Origin: Desulfomicrobium sp.
Lineage (GTDB): Bacteria > Desulfobacterota > Desulfovibrionia > Desulfovibrionales > Desulfomicrobiaceae
DNA: 64,000 nucleotides
Reading direction: 5' to 3'
NCBI GenBank assembly: GCA_040768745.1
Contig: JAXGMI010000002.1
Location: 128,001-192,000 of the forward strand
The notes below the pieces were generated by a model. The model did no database searches. It saw only the letters and a program-made list of their open reading frames with translations, and was not told the origin of the DNA. The translations under genes were made by a program, and so were the position numbers. Positions 61,301 to 64,000 of this stretch are shown here, in pieces. Position 1 is the first letter of the stretch. Each line of letters begins with the position of its first letter.

Positions 61301-62863
61301 TTCGTGGTCAATGGCCGGATTGGTGACCACAGCCACCATTTCCTTGAAGAAATCCGAAATGTTGGAAAGGCTCTGCTCCGCCAAACAGGCCAAAGGTCCC
61401 TGATACCCCATGGAGCCGATGGGGCCTTTGCCCGTGGCTGCCACATGGCGGCGCATGTCCTGGTCGTATTTATGCCAGCCAAACGAGGCCAAAAGGCCCG
61501 AGGAGGATGTCCCGCCCAGATCAAGGATTGGCCGCCCGCTGAAGAAGCGGCGCAGGTCACGGCAGGCTTCATCGGAGCAGGCCAGGATGGGATCGGGAAT
61601 CTCGGCATGCAGGTTGCCGGACAGCCCCCTGAGTCGACCCTGACCGAAATGACGGACCAATCGTTCCTGGATCCCGCAATAATCAAGCACCTCGGCCTGT
61701 CTGCCCGGGCCGGACAAAATGGCGATTTTTTCGCCAGGGGCCAGGGGCCGGGGATCCTGAACGGTGTTTTCCAGATTGACCACGCCTTTTTCAGAGGAAA
61801 GGAAGAAGTCGTAATCGCTCTCGCCAAACCACAGGGGCCGCAGGCCCAAGGCGTCCACGCTCCCCATGCACGTGTCCCCGAAACGGCAGACCACGGCGGC
61901 CGGACCTTGAGCAGATGGCGGAAAAAACCAGCGGTACATGGCGTACATGCGCTGCAGGGACACAGGCATGCGTTCGACCTCGGAGTGAATGGCCGGAAAG
62001 GTCATCTCCAGCGCCTCCATGAAATCAAGACCATGGACGTGCACGAGGCCTTCCAAGATGCGGTTGAGGTCCTGGGAGTCGCTTCCTCCGGGCGTGGGCT
62101 CGATGCCCAAGGCCCTGGCAGAGCTGCGCAGCTTTTCAATGGTGTTGATTTCCCCGTTGTGCCCCAGCAGGGAAAAAGGCTGGGCGCGCTGGGCCGTTGG
62201 CAAGGTGTTGGTGGAGTAACGGCTGTGGCCCAATGTGAGGACGGACTTGGTCCGGGGATCTCGGAGCTCGGGATAGACGCGGGCCAGAAGGTCTGGGGTT
62301 CCGCGCAGCTTGTAGATGACGCTGTCCAGACTGAGGGAGCAGACATGCAGGTCCGGGATGGTCCGTTCCATCCCCATTTGTATGGTGAAAAGACGCCTGG
62401 CTCTTTCCTGCCGAGTTTCGTCGTGGACCAGTCCGGCGATCTGCCAGAAGAGAGGGGCCTCGGCCCTGGCCATGGGGCCCAGTTCCGGGACGTGCATCTG
62501 ATCGTCCTTTTCCAGCAGGATCTCCAGTCCGGCCTCGGCCATCAGGGCACGGGCCTGCAGTTTGATGGCCGATGCACGGGCAGTGTCTCCGGGAAGAAAA
62601 CAATGACCGACACAAAATCCCTTGCTGTCGCTCAAGTGGCGGCTGAGTCCTGCCGCGGGCAGACGTTCCGCCCAGACAGCCCGGGGAATGTCCGTCAGCA
62701 CGCCGCACCCGTCGCCTTCGCTGTTGATGTCGCCTGACCTGTGGGCCATTTTTTTCAAGGCGTCGATGGTTTTGACGATATTGGCGTGGCTGGCCCGGCC
62801 TCGCTTGTCCACGAAGGCGATGATGGCGCAGGCGTCGTGTTCTTTCACAAGGGGAGCGTGCAT
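58316..62863 (-). CDS. gltB: Glutamate synthase large subunit
   Basis: EHDAC N-terminal Cys, HSRYSTNT, HNGEINT, MSFGS, QVASGRFG, QGAKPGEGGHLP, EYMTGG. Confidence 0.92.
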   Translation of the reverse strand: MHAPLVKEHDACAIIAFVDKRGRASHANIVKTIDALKKMAHRSGDINSEGDGCGVLTDIPRAVWAERLPAAGLSRHLSDSKGFCVGHCFLPGDTARASAIKLQARALMAEAGLEILLEKDDQMHVPELGPMARAEAPLFWQIAGLVHDETRQERARRLFTIQMGMERTIPDLHVCSLSLDSVIYKLRGTPDLLARVYPELRDPRTKSVLTLGHSRYSTNTLPTAQRAQPFSLLGHNGEINTIEKLRSSARALGIEPTPGGSDSQDLNRILEGLVHVHGLDFMEALEMTFPAIHSEVERMPVSLQRMYAMYRWFFPPSAQGPAAVVCRFGDTCMGSVDALGLRPLWFGESDYDFFLSSEKGVVNLENTVQDPRPLAPGEKIAILSGPGRQAEVLDYCGIQERLVRHFGQGRLRGLSGNLHAEIPDPILACSDEACRDLRRFFSGRPILDLGGTSSSGLLASFGWHKYDQDMRRHVAATGKGPIGSMGYQGPLACLAEQSLSNISDFFKEMVAVVTNPAIDHEREAEHFSTAVILGDRPDSRPSPVALRLETPILLGGEFSPALSSLDILSLCREHGTHTLEQVLDFFTAQQHDPGRIAILDATFVPDQGLVSRLRQLEAEVGRSIQEGAALVVLDDCASFVDGRVFIDPGLAVAWLARAAEKGRLPRLPSVIVRSGAIRNLHDIMFLLGLGAAAVNPYMLWKQAYAQAESADRLYRTLSNTLMALQTGVEKVMSTMGIHELCGYGRIFASIGLQRDLEEVFGCANFCSSVTAGLSFVELEEQGRRRLALVLEGEERKLYAEPKRNAKVGKILRSVAEGKTGYVQMAESLAALDAENPVGIRHLLDFSSFHPDPLPLESVDTSIGGHAMPLLISAMSFGSQGENSFRAYAEAARKANIICMNGEGGEIPDMLGKYMENRGQQVASGRFGVSMELLNSARYLEIKVGQGAKPGEGGHLPGSKVTPMVAQARHCKPGIALISPSNHHDIYSIEDLCQIITELKTANPGARISVKIPVTSGVATIVVGVAKAGAHVVNVSGFEGGTGAAREHAKKYVGLPVEIGVSQAHRGLTEAGLRQQVELWCDGGVRSGADVVKLICLGANRVGIGTVALMGVGCISCEQCHLDICPRGISTQIRTAEEAVARGVKLFRPLLPAVEAENLTRLLRAFGDQIRRILAGMGERNLTELVGRTDLLRQTRGLDRIDLTELLSPASRNEEKAYCPVPRITRKPLDNLTRLISDLSMSSFMAGCGYVQYKEENVRSVDRAVGTYLAGAMVREAKAAGGKVDVLLTSSVPGNGLCAFNVDGIGTVVEGGGQDGIAKGAQGGLVCVLKGANILGQRVDGSVGKSLAYGALSGVIMVQNQADSRACIRMSGADAIFGGRITAPVRDDLGNLASRSHLKGFAFEYMTGGRAVVLGDPGPWLCAGMTGGVIYQCLYPEFNFGRENLTRRLARGAHVVIRGLDEDDEVQVKGLLGKYIAALHGSFQNGEAESVQILADEAKTRFVKIIPASSAGIKPE

Positions 62864-63037
62864 GGCTGTTCTCCGGGGCTGGGAGGGTCGAGGTGTTTCC
62901 CGTGGCGTTCGCAGTGGCCAAAACGTGTCAGGGAACGGTGCGCTGCCGTGATTATGACTCTTTACCAAAGGGGCTCTCTTGTCTATATGTCCGAACATAC
63001 AGAATTCATTTCTTCTTTTGCACAAATCGAGGCGTAC

Positions 63038-63340
63038 ATGGACAAGAACGATCTGGTGGAACGGCTGCAAGCGGAAATGGGGTACTCCGCGACGGAAGCG
63101 TCACGCATTGTGGACGCTTTGATGGAAAGCCTGACCGAGTCCCTGAGCAGCGGGGACAAGATCACCCTGCCGGGCATCGGGACCATGGCCGTGGTTGACC
63201 GGCCGTCACGCAGGGAGCGTCACCCCCAGCCGGGTCAGGAGCAGGAATTCTTAACCAGGCGCAAGGTCAAGTTTTCCCCTGGCAAACGACTGAAAGACGC
63301 CTTGATGTCCCTGGATTTCATCACCAGGGACTTGGAATAA
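63038..63340 (+). CDS. HU/IHF-family DNA-binding protein
   Basis: MDKNDLV, GDKITLPGIGT, RHPQPG, VKFSPGKRLKD. Confidence 0.88.
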   Translation: MDKNDLVERLQAEMGYSATEASRIVDALMESLTESLSSGDKITLPGIGTMAVVDRPSRRERHPQPGQEQEFLTRRKVKFSPGKRLKDALMSLDFITRDLE

Positions 63341-63451
63341 CGAAATCCCTTTTCCGACCACCAGACCCGGCTCCGGCCGGGTTCTTGAGGCTGGACTTCC
63401 GCCAAGGCATGGGCCATGGCCTTGGCAATGCGCATTCCGAAAGGGGGAGAA

Positions 63452-64000
63452 ATGAATATCGCGAACTCCATGACCGAACTGGTCGGCAACACACCTCTGG
63501 TCCGTCTCAATCGTCTGGCTCAGGATTGTGTGGCGGAGGTCGTGCTCAAACTCGAATTCTTCAATCCACTGTCCTCGGTCAAGGACCGCATTGCCCTGAA
63601 CATGATCGACGAGGCCGAACGTGAAGGCCGATTGCGGCCGGGAACAGTTGTTGTGGAGCCGACCAGCGGCAACACCGGCGTGGGTCTGGCCTTTGTCTGC
63701 GCTGTGCGCGGATACCGCCTCATCCTGACCATGCCCGAGTCCATGAGCGTGGAGCGGCGTATGCTCCTTGCTGCCCTTGGAGCGGAACTGGTGCTGACCC
63801 CGGCGGCCAGGGGCATGGCCGGGGCCGTGGCCGAGGCGGAGAAAATCCTGTCCTCTCATGACAACGCCCTCATGCCTGGCCAGTTCGTCAATCCGGCCAA
63901 CCCCGCCATGCATGAACGGACCACTGCCCAGGAGCTCTGGCAGGATACCGAAGGCCGCATCGACGTCCTGGTTGCAGGCGTGGGCACGGGTGGGACCATC
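63452..64000 (+). CDS. cysK: Cysteine synthase A (truncated by window end)
   Basis: [46 protein letters not shown]. Confidence 0.93.
   Translation, partial: MNIANSMTELVGNTPLVRLNRLAQDCVAEVVLKLEFFNPLSSVKDRIALNMIDEAEREGRLRPGTVVVEPTSGNTGVGLAFVCAVRGYRLILTMPESMSVERRMLLAALGAELVLTPAARGMAGAVAEAEKILSSHDNALMPGQFVNPANPAMHERTTAQELWQDTEGRIDVLVAGVGTGGTI

Noticed and set aside
62864..63070. N-terminal extension of the gltB ORF (likewise 2948 yejA, 3279 ask, 5103 yejB, 11155 helicase)
   Set aside because: The extensions overlap divergent or adjacent genes, and conserved N-termini begin at the downstream starts.

Overview
This is a bacterial chromosomal segment of roughly 58-60% GC (estimated by eye). Its gene content suggests a sulfate-reducing Desulfovibrionales member such as Desulfomicrobium, which is an inference. 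Most of it is housekeeping and transport genes: aspartate kinase, yejABEF, Trk/Ktr K+ uptake, the rpoH...rpiB-tkt-glpX operon, metH-argA-hpt-radA, nnr-tsaE-rarA, potABCD, ugd, a eukaryote-type UGPase, rluB, carbonic anhydrase, a liv-type ABC operon, gltB, HU and cysK. There are four insertion sequences: a partial IS3, a complete IS66, an IS1595/IS1016-like element and an IS1634. The most unusual item is a four-gene ECF-type transporter operon (45010-46997). Its two ATPase genes look like complementary half-NBDs: one keeps Walker A/Q-loop/Walker B/H-switch but lacks the ABC signature, and the other keeps the EcfA helical subdomain and signature but has no Walker A. Also notable are an in-frame LivF ATPase-phenylacetate-CoA ligase fusion, an AT-rich stretch (796-1425) holding colinear fragments of the IS1595 found 41 kb away, an IS66 with a 10-bp target duplication, and several palindromic REP/RPE-like elements. 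I found no CRISPR array, rRNA or tRNA.
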